IMG/VR virus record: IMGVR_UViG_3300035670_000027
Source: a virus
Direction: 5' to 3' (one strand)
DNA length: 64,000 bases
The notes under the pieces: generated by a model
The model's input: the letters and a program-made list of their open reading frames with translations, nothing else
What the model was told of the DNA's origin: nothing
The model's database searches: none
In this document: positions 19,902-29,982 of the stretch, one piece after another
Numbering within the stretch: the first letter of the stretch is position 1
How the letters are laid out: each line of letters begins with the position of its first letter
Position numbers and translations under genes: made by a program

Positions 19902-20677
19902 TATTCGTCAACATCTTTATCGTATATTAAAAAGTAAACATTTATGAATTTCTCTTTATCTTTACTTATCCCACCTGCGTAATAGTTCACACGAAATTTC
20001 TCAAAAACTTTCAAGGTATCGAAAATTTTTTCACTTGAGAAAGCAACCACATCCTGTTTCACTTCGTTAAGATATAGGTCATCCATGCGAATATAAAAAG
20101 ATTTTCTGCTAGAGTTCGTATCGGTAGTTTCATACAAAAACATCTTACGATGCTTCTTCAATGCGTCTTTTGCAAACTTCGGTACGAAATGAAAGCCAGA
20201 CTTTTCTACGGCATCACCAACATCATATATGCTTACATTGTTGACGATTCTATAGTAATTCGTATTTGTGTAATTCTCTGGATCATGAAGGTCCCATTTA
20301 ATAGATGAAATGGTTTGCTTCTTACGAATATTCTTTTCTGCTAACTCTGGTACTTCATGAGGACGAATGCTATTCTCAAAGTAGATTCGATAATTGGCAA
20401 GGTCCTTCTCAACTTCAATGGCGAATCCAACACCATCAGACTTCCAATAGTCCTGAAGAATATCACTCTTTGGCATGTTGAGTGCCTTTGCAATTTTTTC
20501 TATCATCGCAAATGGAATGTCTGCCGTTTCGATCATGAAAAGGACACGATCACGAATGACTTTACTCTTCGTGATCTTTACCGATTGTTCAATTGCGGTA
20601 ATCGTTTGATTGCGAAAAATCTCACAAAAATTTTTGACAATCTGATTTTCAGTTATAACTCTGTCCACTGGATTCAT
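19901..20677 (-). CDS. Hypothetical protein
   Basis: 258-aa ORF, no recognised motif. Confidence 0.55.
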   Translation of the reverse strand: MNPVDRVITENQIVKNFCEIFRNQTITAIEQSVKITKSKVIRDRVLFMIETADIPFAMIEKIAKALNMPKSDILQDYWKSDGVGFAIEVEKDLANYRIYFENSIRPHEVPELAEKNIRKKQTISSIKWDLHDPENYTNTNYYRIVNNVSIYDVGDAVEKSGFHFVPKFAKDALKKHRKMFLYETTDTNSSRKSFYIRMDDLYLNEVKQDVVAFSSEKIFDTLKVFEKFRVNYYAGGISKDKEKFINVYFLIYDKDVDE

Positions 20678-21422
20678 GTATCAAGTCCTCATATCTCACC
20701 TTTGCTAATATGTAGTCTTTCACTAACGATGATCTTACGATATCTTCTGGTGTAAATTCAATTCTAGTAAATGCTTTCATGTGGTGGGCAATGTCAAAGA
20801 ATTTAAGAATGCCAGACTTGTCGTTTGACTTTCTCAAATCGGTTTGGCGATAGTCACCGCACCAAATAATCTTTGAACGATAACCGACCCTTGTCATCAC
20901 GGTATCGATCTCTTCAAAATTCATATTCTGCATTTCATCAACAATGATGATTGCATCATCAAATGACATACCACGAATGAAAGAGGTTGAAATGAATTCA
21001 ATGTAACCTTGCTCTTCTAATCTCTGATATGCATCTGGTCGACCAAATAGCGTATGGCAGATTTGTCGATATGGTTGTCTGTAGATTTCTGTTTTTTCAT
21101 CTAGGTCACCTGGTAAGTGTCCAACCTCTCTTGAAGGTACGGCTGAACGAACAATGATAATTTTTTTGAATGGGTTTGCTTTGTCTAGAACCTCTTCTAA
21201 TGCTTTATACAATGCAATGAAAGTCTTACCTGTTCCTGCTACTCCATGCAATGCTACAAAATAGTCTTGTCTTTTGTATGCTTCAAAAAAATGTTTTTGG
21301 TTCTCTGTTAGTGGTTCGAAAGTTTTTAGATCATCTAGCCTTATCTTAAGTGTATTGTTTATAGGACTTCTTTTATTCGTACTGGTATCTGGCTCGGTGT
21401 TTGCAACATTCTTTCTTGCCAT
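20649..21422 (-). CDS. phoH: PhoH family ATPase
   Basis: G.AGTGKT, RSAVP, G.LPG, FIRGMSFD, DEMQN, GD..QTD, DIVRS. Confidence 0.93.
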   Translation of the reverse strand: MARKNVANTEPDTSTNKRSPINNTLKIRLDDLKTFEPLTENQKHFFEAYKRQDYFVALHGVAGTGKTFIALYKALEEVLDKANPFKKIIIVRSAVPSREVGHLPGDLDEKTEIYRQPYRQICHTLFGRPDAYQRLEEQGYIEFISTSFIRGMSFDDAIIIVDEMQNMNFEEIDTVMTRVGYRSKIIWCGDYRQTDLRKSNDKSGILKFFDIAHHMKAFTRIEFTPEDIVRSSLVKDYILAKVRYEDLIHESSGQSYN

Positions 21423-21461
21423 GAAAATCCTTTCGTTGTTATTGTTATCACAGGATCATCA

Positions 21462-21761
21462 TCAATTGCTATGCTTCTTTTTCCACTCCTTTACAACTCG
21501 TTCAGTCTTCACTTGCTTAATTGATTTACGCATGTTCTCTTGTGCAAGAGGTGAATCTGGATGTGCTTCAGAAATTTTCGAAAGTACTTCTTTAAAACCA
21601 CCATCTACTTGTTGACCAGTGCCTGAGATAAGGGCAGGCACTTCGTCAAAGTATCTTTCATGATTTGGATTTTCTTTTTTGTAGTCATCTAAATCACTCA
21701 TGCTCATGATAACATCAAAAACTTCTTGTGTTTGATTATCTTTAAATGTGTATGTAGGCAT
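21462..21761 (-). CDS. FmdB-like small protein
   Basis: MPTYTF start, GFKEVLSKI..AHP.S. Confidence 0.55.
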   Translation of the reverse strand: MPTYTFKDNQTQEVFDVIMSMSDLDDYKKENPNHERYFDEVPALISGTGQQVDGGFKEVLSKISEAHPDSPLAQENMRKSIKQVKTERVVKEWKKKHSN

Positions 21762-22350
21762 CTTCGTACAACCCCAATCTTTCATTTTCATCTACCATCG
21801 CTTGCAGAATGCCTTCGATAAACCATTGTGGTCTATTACGCTTGGTCCATTTTGCAAAACTTACTTTCTTCTCTATGTAGTATTTATGGTACGATGCGAT
21901 AGAATCATTGGCAATCTTGCATTCATCTGGCATTGCAGGTGTCGGATCAGTAAAAGAAACATTCGGAATTTTATTTGGGGGCACATACAAAACATCCATG
22001 TACTTTGCACACGCATGAACTTTGCCATAACGGTGAGTGTATTCATGTAGAAGATATATCCACATGCGATTGAGCCACATGTAATTTTCTTTGCTTGCAC
22101 GAACCCACACATTAGAGGGGTGATTAATATGGGATGCTTTCATCAAGCCATTTTCAAAGATTTCATCTTTCATGCGCCAACGCTTGATTCTACGACCATT
22201 GGCAGTCTTGTCGATATACTCTTCGCCGTCAAGAATACGGTGTGCGGTAGACATTAATTGTGCGTATTCAATGATCATCTTGACCACATGCTTATCGCAA
22301 TGCATCTCTGCACAAATCTTCGGATTCGAATCAAGGTAGAAAATGTTCAT
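21742..22350 (-). CDS. Pyrimidine-dimer DNA glycosylase/endonuclease V-like protein
   Basis: MNIFYLD..P..CA..HCDKHVVKM..E.AQL.ST.H, H.NHPS..W.R, EY..RYGK.H, AMPD. Confidence 0.7.
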   Translation of the reverse strand: MNIFYLDSNPKICAEMHCDKHVVKMIIEYAQLMSTAHRILDGEEYIDKTANGRRIKRWRMKDEIFENGLMKASHINHPSNVWVRASKENYMWLNRMWIYLLHEYTHRYGKVHACAKYMDVLYVPPNKIPNVSFTDPTPAMPDECKIANDSIASYHKYYIEKKVSFAKWTKRNRPQWFIEGILQAMVDENERLGLYEDAYIHI

Positions 22351-22577
22351 TCAATTAATGTCCTATCTTGTATCAACCAATATTCTTCGGTTGCTTTTTT
22401 CGCAAACTCATAAGCAATATATTGTCCCAAATATACTTCTTCATTCACATTGAAAATAACTTTGGCTAACCAAATTTTTGAATGTGCAATTTTATTAATT
22501 TGCCCAACTACACGACCGTCTTCTTCATTGTAAAAATAGAAAACATCATGGTCACCGTCTTTCCATAATCTGTCCAT
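22347..22577 (-). CDS. Hypothetical protein
   Basis: ORF overlapping neighbours in the operon. Confidence 0.55.
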   Translation of the reverse strand: MDRLWKDGDHDVFYFYNEEDGRVVGQINKIAHSKIWLAKVIFNVNEEVYLGQYIAYEFAKKATEEYWLIQDRTLIE

Positions 22578-22747
22578 TACCAGCGCCCATCATCAATTAT
22601 AACACGAATCCAGACAGGACCCAAATGTAAACAATTTTCAAAAACTGGATCATTCCAAACATCGGCACCGCTAACAAAACCTAAGCGCCAATGAAAAGGA
22701 TTCAGCACAATGCCAATCCAAATACCAGAGTATTTTATCCAGTTCAT
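22577..22747 (-). CDS. Small hypothetical protein (MNWIKYSG...)
   Basis: LNPFHW...IDDGRW; probable internal start. Confidence 0.5.
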   Translation of the reverse strand: MNWIKYSGIWIGIVLNPFHWRLGFVSGADVWNDPVFENCLHLGPVWIRVIIDDGRW

Positions 22748-22789
22748 AGTAGGTACTTTATTGTAAAATTTAATATGATTAATGAATAA

Positions 22790-22823
22790 ACAAAAACCAG
22801 GATGACCACAAGCCATCCTGGCA
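22790..22823 (-). terminator. Intrinsic terminator
   Basis: CCAGGATG...CATCCTGG hairpin followed by TTTTTG on the minus strand. Confidence 0.65.
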
Positions 22824-23086
22824 TTTTGTCAAAAAAATTATTCATCAAACTCGCCTAGTTCATCGGCAACATCATATACCCATTCGATAGGCACTTGCAG
22901 AAAATCTGCAATTTTTTGAAAAGACATTTGCGGATAATTGACAATGTACTCCTGAATCTCAATCATCTTATCGCCCATTTTGCTCATTTAGATTCTCCAA
23001 ATAAAATTTCACTTGATCAACAACAATGCCAATGTACAGATTCAACTGGTTCATTAGCGGATAAATGGAAATAATTTCACCGAGTA

Positions 23087-23425
23087 TCATGCAAAACTCC
23101 TTTCATTAAGTTCATTATACTCTACTGTTGGCTCTTTGTAAAGTATCTCGCCATCATACTCCAACTGCGATTTCTCAAACCATGAGAGATAATCATCAGG
23201 TTCAATTGACCAATCGATTATGCTCTCTCGGAAAAAATCATTGTCCTGCTCTACACCTGCCATTGATACAATTTCTTCAAGGTCGCCATTGATAGGCACA
23301 TTGAGAATTTTGTACTCTGTACCACCCTTTGCTTTCCAGTAGGCGTCGGCACCAGTACCAATGGTGCCGTCTTCGTTCCATGCATAGTTCTCATAAACTT
23401 GGGTGCGAATGACAAGCATACTCAT
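23087..23425 (-). CDS. Hypothetical protein
   Basis: TQ.YENY...YWKAKGG motif; AAGGAG SD. Confidence 0.65.
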   Translation of the reverse strand: MSMLVIRTQVYENYAWNEDGTIGTGADAYWKAKGGTEYKILNVPINGDLEEIVSMAGVEQDNDFFRESIIDWSIEPDDYLSWFEKSQLEYDGEILYKEPTVEYNELNERSFA

Positions 23426-23434
23426 AAAAACTCC

Positions 23435-23800
23435 TTACAGATAGAGAGGACCAGTCCAGCGAATTGTGTAACCACCGTCAAGGATATTTCCTCGTGCCGC
23501 ATTGCGGGCAGGAGTTGCCCAACCAGCCGCTTTCAGCAAATCACCTTTACGGAATTTTTTGTCATTGTCGCCTTTGACAATGAAACCCCAAACACATCGC
23601 TGGCTACCAGACTTGGTAATCACTTTGATGTATTTGCTACCTTCGGCAATTTCGATGCCGTTGATAAACTCATCAAGCATACGGGCTTGAATCTCGGTGC
23701 GAGGTTTGCCGCCAGCATTTTGCCAACTCTCGTAGTCGGCAATCATGTTATTCTTGAGAGTTTCAAGGGCTTGGGTCATCGTGGTCATGTCAATCTCCAT
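23435..23800 (-). CDS. Conserved phage early hypothetical protein
   Basis: GSKYIKV...VWGFI...GDLLKAAGW.TPARN.ARGNI. Confidence 0.7.
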   Translation of the reverse strand: MEIDMTTMTQALETLKNNMIADYESWQNAGGKPRTEIQARMLDEFINGIEIAEGSKYIKVITKSGSQRCVWGFIVKGDNDKKFRKGDLLKAAGWATPARNAARGNILDGGYTIRWTGPLYL

Positions 23801-23818
23801 TCGAATTTCTATACTTAC

Positions 23819-23903
23819 AGTATACCATAGTGAGGGAGAAAGTCAAGGGTTTTTTTGCGCCTGTTGCACAAAAACAACGCTATGTGAGTGAGTACTTACT
23901 TAG
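23819..23903 (-). promoter_or_regulatory. Early sigma70 promoter module with GTTG-N8-CAAC box and 20-bp palindrome
   Basis: TTGACT-16-TATACT (23846-23819), A-tract, GTTG-N8-CAAC 23863-23878, GTGAGTGAGTACTTACTTAG 23884-23903. Confidence 0.8.
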
Positions 23904-24113
23904 CATTTCCTTCGCTTGTGTCAGATTTGGGTCTTGGACTGCAACAATGTCAATGATTCTCAATTGCAACATCTGCAACAGTTCGGTGGCATAATCAAGG
24001 TCATCTTCACTTACCGTAGCCGACCAATCGGCTAAAGTTTCTGGGCTTGCATTCAACAGAAAGTCTAGGTTTTTCATGTCCTCTTCGGACAAACCATCGT
24101 AGTGGTCTCTCAT
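23880..24113 (-). CDS. Hypothetical protein
   Basis: NLDFLLNAS...W...SEDD.DYA.ELL. Confidence 0.6.
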   Translation of the reverse strand: MRDHYDGLSEEDMKNLDFLLNASPETLADWSATVSEDDLDYATELLQMLQLRIIDIVAVQDPNLTQAKEMLSKYSLT

Positions 24114-24282
24114 GTGTTCTCCAGTTTCGTTGGCGTCTTTGGTGCAGGAAGGTTTTCAAGATTTTTGATTACCATATCCTGCACCACACTATGCAAACTA
24201 TTTAGATACTGAGCCATGTATGCAATAGAAGTCGGATTAAAATTAAACACAATGAGTGCTAAAATAAATCCTAAAATGATTT

Positions 24283-24597
24283 TCATGCTACATTCCAATT
24301 CATTTCATTTTTCAATTGCATGGACTCTGAACCATCATACTCGTTGACAATGAATTCAGTTCCTTCTGGCAACCAGAGAACCACAAGGTCATCTGCACCT
24401 CCAGCATAGAAGTCTTCTCCATACTTGTTTTCTGCAAATTGTGCAATCTCATATCGATCAACTTCTTTTTCGATCATCTCTACAATCTCGGGATCAAAAA
24501 GGCATTCTGGAAATTGATAGTTCCATGTTGACCAACCAGCACCAAATCCTGGCGAGTACAACACCGCTACTTTTCCATCACGAATTAGTTTTTCCAT
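24283..24597 (-). CDS. Conserved phage hypothetical protein
   Basis: GKVAVLYSPGFGAGWSTWN...EYDGSE; start MEKLIRDG. Confidence 0.65.
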   Translation of the reverse strand: MEKLIRDGKVAVLYSPGFGAGWSTWNYQFPECLFDPEIVEMIEKEVDRYEIAQFAENKYGEDFYAGGADDLVVLWLPEGTEFIVNEYDGSESMQLKNEMNWNVA

Positions 24598-25228
24598 CTT
24601 TGTCTTCCTCTTTCCAATATCCATCACCATCGGGATAATGAGAATCAAGTATCTCTCGGTCCTCTTCAAACTCTTCTTCGTCTTCATTGTCCCATTCAGC
24701 CTGCTCTTCAAGCATATCACGAATGTTCCAATTCTCAATCAAATCATCAGGAATCTCATTCAATGAATTTAGATCACTATACTCATACGATTCGTCTTCA
24801 CCATCAGCAAAGCGACCAACGAAACACATACCTTCTTCATGATACTCTGCATCTACTGCAAAGTCGGTATCTCTGTAGATATGCGAATACAATTCGGTTG
24901 GCGGACCCCATGGAGAATCAAACCAGAATGTAATTTCATTGTCTTTTCGATTCCAGTCTTGTGCATCACAGTTCCATTTGCAACCCCAATTGTTTACTGA
25001 CCATGTGTACCAATCAGAGGCGCCATATTTTTCAAGGAGTTGTTTCTCTCTATCATCAGGAGGTTCAGCAGAAAATCCTACAGGACCACCATCTTTCAAT
25101 TCTTGTGGGCATGGTAGAAAGAAGTCAAACCAGTCTTTACCATTCTTCTCATTCAAGAATTTTTCAAACTTAGTAATGTCTTCGGCAGAGCCGGCGAGTG
25201 TAATTGAGTTCGAACACCAGTTAGGCAT
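24578..25228 (-). CDS. DUF1281/YubB-like ferredoxin-fold protein
   Basis: MPNWCSN, WY.W...NWGCKW, FDSPW.PP, Y.EEG..F.G. Confidence 0.7.
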   Translation of the reverse strand: MPNWCSNSITLAGSAEDITKFEKFLNEKNGKDWFDFFLPCPQELKDGGPVGFSAEPPDDREKQLLEKYGASDWYTWSVNNWGCKWNCDAQDWNRKDNEITFWFDSPWGPPTELYSHIYRDTDFAVDAEYHEEGMCFVGRFADGEDESYEYSDLNSLNEIPDDLIENWNIRDMLEEQAEWDNEDEEEFEEDREILDSHYPDGDGYWKEEDKDGKTNS

Positions 25229-25230
25229 AA

Positions 25231-25845
25231 TTATTCTCCATTCATTGCTTTGATTTCTTCAACCTTCTGCGCTTCAATCTGATTGACTTCTCTATCTAGT
25301 TCTTGAAAAGCCTTAGATGCTTTGAATTGTGCTTGCAATCGTTGATTCTTTCGAATCTCAGCCATCAGCAATTTATTCGATTCATCTGTACTGTAACGCA
25401 ATTTCACAAAACTTCGATAGCCGCTTGCTTCATGTACGACTTTGAAGTTCACCCTTTGAACACCGATCAAATTCACTCTGGTCACAATCAATTTAGTAGT
25501 TCGATCAATGTCTGCATTGACAACATCGCTTGCACCTGATTCAAATGCAAAGTCTTTCATCATCATTGAAACATATGACGAAAAGTTTGCGGCAAGTTCA
25601 CGCTTTGCAGATAGCATTGCTTTGTCTACAGAAAATTGAAAGTTCTTTGAGTACTCAGAACCAACTGCGTAGATGCCTTCTTTATCTTTGTCTGGACCTT
25701 TTGTGTACCAGTCAGGATAATTCACTTCGTTAGAAAAGGTCCTAGAATTCTCAGCGGTGACGCCTTCGTTCTTAGGCACGGAACTACACGCCGACAGAGA
25801 AATGATCACTGGCAGTAACGCATAGCAAAGTAATTGTGCGTTCAT
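25231..25845 (-). CDS. Lipoprotein (LPP20-like)
   Basis: Lipobox LSAC, YPDWY, DKAMLSAKRELA. Confidence 0.6.
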   Translation of the reverse strand: MNAQLLCYALLPVIISLSACSSVPKNEGVTAENSRTFSNEVNYPDWYTKGPDKDKEGIYAVGSEYSKNFQFSVDKAMLSAKRELAANFSSYVSMMMKDFAFESGASDVVNADIDRTTKLIVTRVNLIGVQRVNFKVVHEASGYRSFVKLRYSTDESNKLLMAEIRKNQRLQAQFKASKAFQELDREVNQIEAQKVEEIKAMNGE

Positions 25846-25846
25846 T

Positions 25847-25975
25847 TTATTTTCCCACATTTTTGATGTAATTTCCTGCTTTACTTAAATCTTCACCAGC
25901 GCCACTTACTGCGCCACCAAGGGTACCACAACCAACTAACGACAAACTCAAAAGGACTGCCATAATGTATTTCAT
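25847..25975 (-). CDS. Entericidin EcnA/B-like small lipoprotein (not in ORF track)
   Basis: MKYIMAVLLSLSLVGCGTLGGAVSGAGEDLSKAGNYIKNVGK; lipobox LVGC and G.G.D...AG motif. Confidence 0.65.
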   Translation of the reverse strand: MKYIMAVLLSLSLVGCGTLGGAVSGAGEDLSKAGNYIKNVGK

Positions 25976-25977
25976 TC

Positions 25978-26694
25978 TCACCTCACTATGTTAATTTGAT
26001 GATTCACAAGTTTACGCCTGGTAAAATCTAAAGTCTTTACCATATGCTCAAACTCAATTTTACTGTACCGTGGCTTAAATGTCAACTCATCCTTGGTAAA
26101 CAAGAAGACAAGCAACTCATTAGACTGATACAGATTCGGCTCTACGAATGCTTCAAATTTGCCAATGGCAGGTATTCGTATTTCACGATTCAACTCTACC
26201 ACTTTATTTTCATTTACCAAAACATAGGTGTCTCTCTCAAAACTGAACACCGCATATCTGCCTTTCGCATTTGATACGGCAGTCATTGCAAACTTCTCGC
26301 CAGAACGGAACTTTGATTTGCCTTCGATAGAAAATTGAATCTTGTTTTCAACTTTGACAACATCAGCAACCAAAGTCACATTACAAACGGATGCACTTTT
26401 CTCTGGCGCAACTAGAACCTGTTTGTCTTTGATCTGTTTGATCTTGCCATATGTTTCGGAATAGAATGACCTGTATTGTGAACAATGGTCATCTTTGCAT
26501 ATTTCATTGGTTGTGTGTTCAATAAACTCACCAACAAAATTTGCTAACACATTTTCTTTTGCACGATCCTCTGCAATAGCACACGCCACATTCTCAGCGG
26601 TTTCAGGACCAAAACGATACTCACCCTCACCAGTCACAGTAGCCGCATTGGCTACGCTACACATAAAGGCGAGTGCAATTGCAGTTTTTTTCAT
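25978..26694 (-). CDS. Secreted hypothetical protein
   Basis: Signal peptide ending ANA; several Cys. Confidence 0.6.
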   Translation of the reverse strand: MKKTAIALAFMCSVANAATVTGEGEYRFGPETAENVACAIAEDRAKENVLANFVGEFIEHTTNEICKDDHCSQYRSFYSETYGKIKQIKDKQVLVAPEKSASVCNVTLVADVVKVENKIQFSIEGKSKFRSGEKFAMTAVSNAKGRYAVFSFERDTYVLVNENKVVELNREIRIPAIGKFEAFVEPNLYQSNELLVFLFTKDELTFKPRYSKIEFEHMVKTLDFTRRKLVNHQINIVR

Positions 26695-26981
26695 GATGCC
26701 AGTTCAAATCTCACTTGTTTGATAGAATCAAATCGAAATGATCGCCATTCGCTTTTATCCAAATCGAATACTGCCATCACTTCATCGTTTTTCTTGCGTT
26801 CAGTTTCAGTTTTCTTTTCGTATGCAGGTACCATACCTTCTTTGAGAGTGCATCGCATCTCACGCATACTGCCATCTTTCTTTTCAAAGGTAACATAGAC
26901 TTCACCATAAGTCAAGTGCCCATGCAACCATTTGCGAAATTTTGTTTTGTCTTTTGTGTCATATTCTGCGTAACCCATCAC
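26691..26981 (-). CDS. WYL_2/SH3-fold phage protein
   Basis: VTFEKKDGS.REM.CTL...VFDLDK.EWRSFR. Confidence 0.75.
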   Translation of the reverse strand: MMGYAEYDTKDKTKFRKWLHGHLTYGEVYVTFEKKDGSMREMRCTLKEGMVPAYEKKTETERKKNDEVMAVFDLDKSEWRSFRFDSIKQVRFELAS

Positions 26982-27140
26982 ATAACTCCTTCTTCAATTT
27001 GTTTTTGATATAACGCTTTCAAGTCAAGATATGCTTTCACCACTTCATCTGGTACTTCACCAATGTTGTCTTGAACCGCCCTAGCCAATGCCCTAGACAA
27101 TTTCACTTCTTGGTGCGTTAGAACATTGTGTACTTCAAAG

Positions 27141-27689
27141 TCAAAATTTCTCTTCATCATCTGCCCATACTCCTGTTTTGTTCCGATACTCTGCCGCTTG
27201 TTCACCATATCGTTCATCGGCATGTTTCTCGCAAAGGGTTTGATGCCAGCCGATTGGATAAGTTTCTCCTGATGCACCACACTCTTCACATACTTTGGAA
27301 CTCATAAGTTCCGCAAACTCAATATAATTATAATGCCTATCGGTGGCACCACTAACATAGAATCGTAGAGTGCCAAACTTTTCTTTCACTTGGTCGGCAA
27401 CTGGACATGGTGTTTCTTCCAGTTTCTTTACTGCTTTATCAATGTCTTCTTGAGTGCCTACTCTATCACTCCATACAGTTTTGCCAAGATGTTCTGTCCA
27501 AAACTTTACATCTTTTTTTGCATTTTGATATTGTGAGGTCAATGCAAAAGATAGTGCATCTATGATTTCATACCAACCATCACCACAATCAAAACCCCAA
27601 CACATGCAGGTTTGAGTCATTGGTGCGAATCGGTTACGATACAGTTCTGGATATTTTGCTACCAGTTTGGCATCAAGTTCTTCTCTCAT
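27141..27689 (-). CDS. Conserved phage hypothetical protein (Zn-finger)
   Basis: GFDCGDGW, QVKEKFGTLRFY, CEECG, TLC..H. Confidence 0.7.
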   Translation of the reverse strand: MREELDAKLVAKYPELYRNRFAPMTQTCMCWGFDCGDGWYEIIDALSFALTSQYQNAKKDVKFWTEHLGKTVWSDRVGTQEDIDKAVKKLEETPCPVADQVKEKFGTLRFYVSGATDRHYNYIEFAELMSSKVCEECGASGETYPIGWHQTLCEKHADERYGEQAAEYRNKTGVWADDEEKF

Positions 27690-27835
27690 TTTCTTTCCTT
27701 AGTCTTTCAATTTCATCTGCGGCTTCTTCAAGAATGTCAGCAACACGGTCGGGTTTTCCTTCCTGTACTGATTTGCGAGTGGGTATCTGCCTACGAATTT
27801 CTGCTCGTTTGCGTAGTCGATACACTATGTCTTCT

Positions 27836-28126
27836 TCATTCATCTTTTAATTCATCAAGTTTTTTAAAAAATTCTGCCAGTTCTTTTTCATACTCTTCTT
27901 TATCTTTTGGGTCATAGTCTTCGATAAAGTAGCCAATGTACTTCATTGCTTCTTCCGCTTCTTCTTCGGTACACTCATACACCATTATAATATCTTCTTT
28001 GGTGATTGTCAATGCATCCTCGTATGGAATGTCAATGGTGTGTTCCATATCATACCATAACGATAGACAACCATTGACATTGTAGAATGCATACCAAGAA
28101 GAATTTGACCATCTAGCGTAACTCAT
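27836..28126 (-). CDS. Hypothetical protein
   Basis: MSYARWS start. Confidence 0.55.
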   Translation of the reverse strand: MSYARWSNSSWYAFYNVNGCLSLWYDMEHTIDIPYEDALTITKEDIIMVYECTEEEAEEAMKYIGYFIEDYDPKDKEEYEKELAEFFKKLDELKDE

Positions 28127-28560
28127 TATTCAACTCCGAAATGGTTTCGTATTGCGTTACCGACAAAATCGGAACCTATAACAGTTTTATTAGCAACTTC
28201 AACACACTCACGAACAATCAACTCGGCGAACCGTTCCATGGTTTCTGGTAAATTCTGAACATCATCATATTCAGTTTCAAAAAATGCCTGTTCGGCAAGT
28301 TCTCTAATTCGTTTGTTCATTCTTTCTTTCATCCCAAAGCGTTTCTCTACTGCTTCCATTGATTTATACCAAGTAGGATTATTAGATTGGTCATCACCAA
28401 ATTTGTCCATCTGTTCACCCATCTCATTTAGTGTTTCACGAACAATTAACTTGGCAAACTTTTCCAAACTTTCAGATAAGACAAGTTGTGGTTCTCCGGG
28501 ATTCACTATTTTACTAAATGCAAAACATTGTTCAGCAAGTTCTTGGATTCGCTCGTTCAT
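28126..28560 (-). CDS. Hypothetical protein with two tandem MNERI.ELA...KFAELIV.EC...HFGVE repeats
   Basis: Internal duplication visible in the translation. Confidence 0.65.
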   Translation of the reverse strand: MNERIQELAEQCFAFSKIVNPGEPQLVLSESLEKFAKLIVRETLNEMGEQMDKFGDDQSNNPTWYKSMEAVEKRFGMKERMNKRIRELAEQAFFETEYDDVQNLPETMERFAELIVRECVEVANKTVIGSDFVGNAIRNHFGVE

Positions 28561-28745
28561 CTTTTAACTCCGAAATGTCTTAAGATACATTCATCAGGTT
28601 CATGGTCTTCTCGTAGAGCAACATCAGCACATTCTCGCACGATCAACTCAGCGAACTTTTCTTTATCAAAATATGTACCGTCAATCTGAGGATGCCCTTG
28701 ACATATTGTGGACTCTGCAATAAACCTTTCTATGAGTTTGTTCAC
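28557..28745 (-). CDS. Paralog of the adjacent repeat protein
   Basis: EKFAELIVRECA...HFGV. Confidence 0.6.
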   Translation of the reverse strand: MNKLIERFIAESTICQGHPQIDGTYFDKEKFAELIVRECADVALREDHEPDECILRHFGVKR

Positions 28746-29122
28746 GAAAAATTCCTAGCACAAAATGCATAGCCATCTTCATCATCCCAATCGTATTCGG
28801 GATTAAACCACGGCCGTGGTTCAATTTTTCCTTGTTCGTTATGTTGAAGATTCACATGCCCATCTTTACGCACATAACCAGGCGCTTTGTATGTTTCAAT
28901 CATATGGACAAACCAATCGTAATCTTTTCGTTCGCCATACTCATCCATAATCACTTTGTCTTTGAGAAATTCTTTCCATGCTCTCCAAGACACCAATCGC
29001 TCTGCACGATAGCCTTGAAATGAGAATGCCCAACCGTATGAAGATTTACCGATGTGGTATTCTTCATCATAACGGTTGCAACATTCGCACCGATTCTTTG
29101 CTACATAATAGTTAGTTCCCAT
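28742..29122 (-). CDS. Conserved phage hypothetical protein
   Basis: MGTNYY, C.CC, HIGKSS.GW.F, DEYG. Confidence 0.65.
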   Translation of the reverse strand: MGTNYYVAKNRCECCNRYDEEYHIGKSSYGWAFSFQGYRAERLVSWRAWKEFLKDKVIMDEYGERKDYDWFVHMIETYKAPGYVRKDGHVNLQHNEQGKIEPRPWFNPEYDWDDEDGYAFCARNFS

Positions 29123-29333
29123 GTCCGAAATCTTTCAAAACAAAATTAATTGCTTGAATCATTGCACGATTATGTACCTCATCATCTTCATGTAACCATC
29201 CTTCACCAGTCGCCGCTTTGTCCAAAGCCTCTTGCATGTTATCACGATACTTCGCTAGATTCAATGCAGTAATTCGGTCAGCGGTATCCCAATCAATTGT
29301 CATACCAGTAAGTGTAATATCGGTTGTAATCAT
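29112..29333 (-). CDS. Hypothetical protein
   Basis: Operon-coupled ORF. Confidence 0.55.
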   Translation of the reverse strand: MITTDITLTGMTIDWDTADRITALNLAKYRDNMQEALDKAATGEGWLHEDDEVHNRAMIQAINFVLKDFGHGN

Positions 29334-29824
29334 AAAAGTTCCTTCAGTCGGTTCATTGTTTCATTTACATCTTTATGAAGAATGCCGATACCACCTGCTT
29401 CATTGAATGCATCAATTACATCTAGAGTATCATCAATCAGCACATTACCTTTCATTGCAAAGAATTTTTTCACTCTGCGACCAGGCACGATATTTGTTGG
29501 ATAGAAAATCCTAGCATTGGTGAGCCAGATTGTTTTCTGCTCTCTCACTTCGCTATGATTACGAATGCCACCAGAGGATGATAGAATCTCAAGCGGTACA
29601 TTCAAAGATTCAACAAATGAGATAAGTGCCATGCCGCCAGGAAACCAATCTAGCGTTTCGAATTGGCGAGTTTCAATAAAGTGTTTCCAGTTTTTAGAAA
29701 ACTCTTTTTTGTCACGCTCGTTTTCTGATCCTTCACCACCAGCATTATAATGAAACAATTCATGATAACGCTTGTGAAAATCGCAAAGCACGCCATCCAT
29801 ATCAAGGTAAATTCGATTAATCAT
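29330..29824 (-). CDS. HAD-family 5'(3')-deoxyribonucleotidase-like protein
   Basis: IYLDMDGVLCDF, ILSS, K..WL, LIDD, GGIGI.H. Confidence 0.8.
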   Translation of the reverse strand: MINRIYLDMDGVLCDFHKRYHELFHYNAGGEGSENERDKKEFSKNWKHFIETRQFETLDWFPGGMALISFVESLNVPLEILSSSGGIRNHSEVREQKTIWLTNARIFYPTNIVPGRRVKKFFAMKGNVLIDDTLDVIDAFNEAGGIGILHKDVNETMNRLKELL

Positions 29825-29982
29825 ACATTCGATCTATTAGGGCATTCAATACATTTTCAACTGCGACAGGTTCAAAGTCTGTTCTGGCACAGACATAATC
29901 AATTACATCTGCGCCAGTCAGATCAGCACTCCACGCTTCGAATATGTACCGTTCGATTGTTCCAACGGTACTATCAGACATA

